Shown here one piece after another: positions 62,624 through 64,000 of a stretch of 64,000 nt of DNA. The DNA comes from Phoronis australis (Eukaryota; Animalia; Phoronida). Every line of letters begins with the position of its first letter. Position 1 is the first letter of the stretch. The translations under genes and the position numbers were made by a program. The DNA lies in the NCBI GenBank assembly GCA_002633005.1, contig NMRA01000007.1:1254362-1318361 (forward strand). The letters run 5' to 3'. The notes beneath the pieces were generated by a model, which was given only the letters and a program-made list of their open reading frames with translations, was not told where the DNA came from and searched no databases.

Positions 62624-62671
62624 CTAAATGTCTACAACCATTTTCTTGTGAACATCTAAACCACCAACAAC
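62624..62671 (-). CDS. Probable terminal coding exon of an unidentified gene extending beyond the window
   Basis: Acceptor cttgttatttgcag, then VVGGLDVHKKMVVDI* (phase 0 assumed); followed by several kb of minus-strand U/G-rich, TE-poor UTR-like sequence. Confidence 0.5.
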   Translation of the reverse strand, partial: VVGGLDVHKKMVVDI

Positions 62672-62865
62672 CTGCAAATAACAAGTGTGGAAAGGTTATC
62701 TTTCAATCAGGTAGGTTCAAAAAAGATTCCATGCTCACAACTAGGAAGACTCTTGTGTACGGTAAAACCTCACAAAATGACTGACAAGTGAAATTTTAGT
62801 TTTTCGTTTTTCATAAAAGGTATGTCACATCCAATGAATGCCGTTTCATGCTCAATTTCTATACC

Positions 62866-64000
62866 ATAGCTACTGTTGGACAATATTTTGAAAAAAAAAC
62901 ATGGACATTCACAACAAAGTTAAAAGCATTAAAAGAATGAAAAAAATTTCACAATTATTTTTGTCCCAAAATGATGATATTTTACCATAATACGAGACTG
63001 ATTTGACTTGATGTAACATTTGTATGAAGAATAATTGACACTCTGAAAAATGGCAGGCTAAATACTTCAAGTTTTCCACAACTGTATAGTTATGTGTGAA
63101 GTACCTTATAGGCAATTTTTGACGAGTGAAAACAATGCGCAATCTCACATTAATGGATGCAGTGGCAAGAGACAATGCAAAAAAAAATCCAAACCAAGAC
63201 TCAAAGATGGTACAGGATCCGTGAACTCATTACCAGGAAGAGTCCGTCTATTCCCAATAAGGATTGACTGGTAGTTGCAAGTCACACGTGACAAGAGAAC
63301 TGCATGCCACAAATGAATTTTCCAGGGTGAAAAATTTCATTTTGCACGATACACTTCTCCACAGGTACTAGACATGTATTGATTTTTGTTAATGGTTGTT
63401 GCGAGCATAATTTGCAAGATGGGAATTGCTTTTACAGTTATGACAGTTCCTAAAAGCAATTAACTTTTTTCATTCTCCAAAAATTTCCAATGCACAAAAA
63501 CTCTCGTTTTCCAGGTTTTCTAAGTTTTACAAAATGAGTGGCAACCACATGCAAGGACAGACATACTGCACATTATGGCGTTATATATTACAAANAACGC
63601 CGGGGTAAGAAAGGAATTTGCCGCGGAAATTTTATATCAAATCCGATTTTTTTTACGCGGAAATATAAAAAATGCGTGGACAGAACATTTGAAAAAAGCG
63701 GAAATCCGCGTTTCCGCGGAAAATTCCAAGCCCTGATAGCTACTGTTGGACAATATTTTGAAAAAAAACATGGACATTCACATCAAAGTTAAAAGCATTA
63801 AAAGAATGAAAAAATTTTCACAATTATTTTTGTCCGAAATTGGTGATATTTTACCATAATACGAGACTGATTTGACTTTATGAAACATTTGCATGACAGG
63901 CTAAACACTTCAAGTTTTCCACAACTGTATAGTTATGTGTGAAGTACCTTATAGGCAATTTTTGACGAGTGAAAACAATGCGCAATCTCACATTAATGGA
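62866..64000 (+). repeat. Near-identical direct duplication (62866-63160 vs 63736-64000), probably an uncollapsed haplotype
   Basis: ATAGCTACTGTTGGACAATATTTTGAAAAAAAA...CACATTAATGGA occurs twice; single N at 63594 between the copies. Confidence 0.8.

Overview
Eukaryotic, AT-rich, intron-containing animal DNA; the repeat types suggest a lophotrochozoan such as a mollusc (inference). Gene 1 (+, 5' end outside the window; 7 exons, 70-13627) joins, with consistent splice phases, a 3-hydroxyacyl-CoA dehydrogenase NAD-binding-type domain that lacks its catalytic residues to a C-terminal IAP/Neuralized-type RING finger. It is a candidate NAD(H)- or acyl-CoA-sensing E3 ligase and the most striking item here. 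Gene 2 (-, 6 exons, 51529-21406, about 1158 aa) encodes a signal peptide, a tiny ectodomain, one TM helix, a periaxin/AHNAK-type PDZ domain and a long acidic repeat-containing tail. A probable last exon of a third, unidentified gene (-, 62671-62624) lies near the right end. Introns and intergenic DNA hold a decayed LINE, Tc2/pogo-, Harbinger- and hAT-type MITEs, Helentron-like (HINE) elements whose internal repeats each carry a CTCF-like motif, a non-autonomous Helitron, a tRNA-derived SINE and a 45-bp minisatellite. There is one N gap and a probable haplotype duplication. All splice models were read by eye from GT/AG sites and reading-frame phase; no transcript or database evidence was available.
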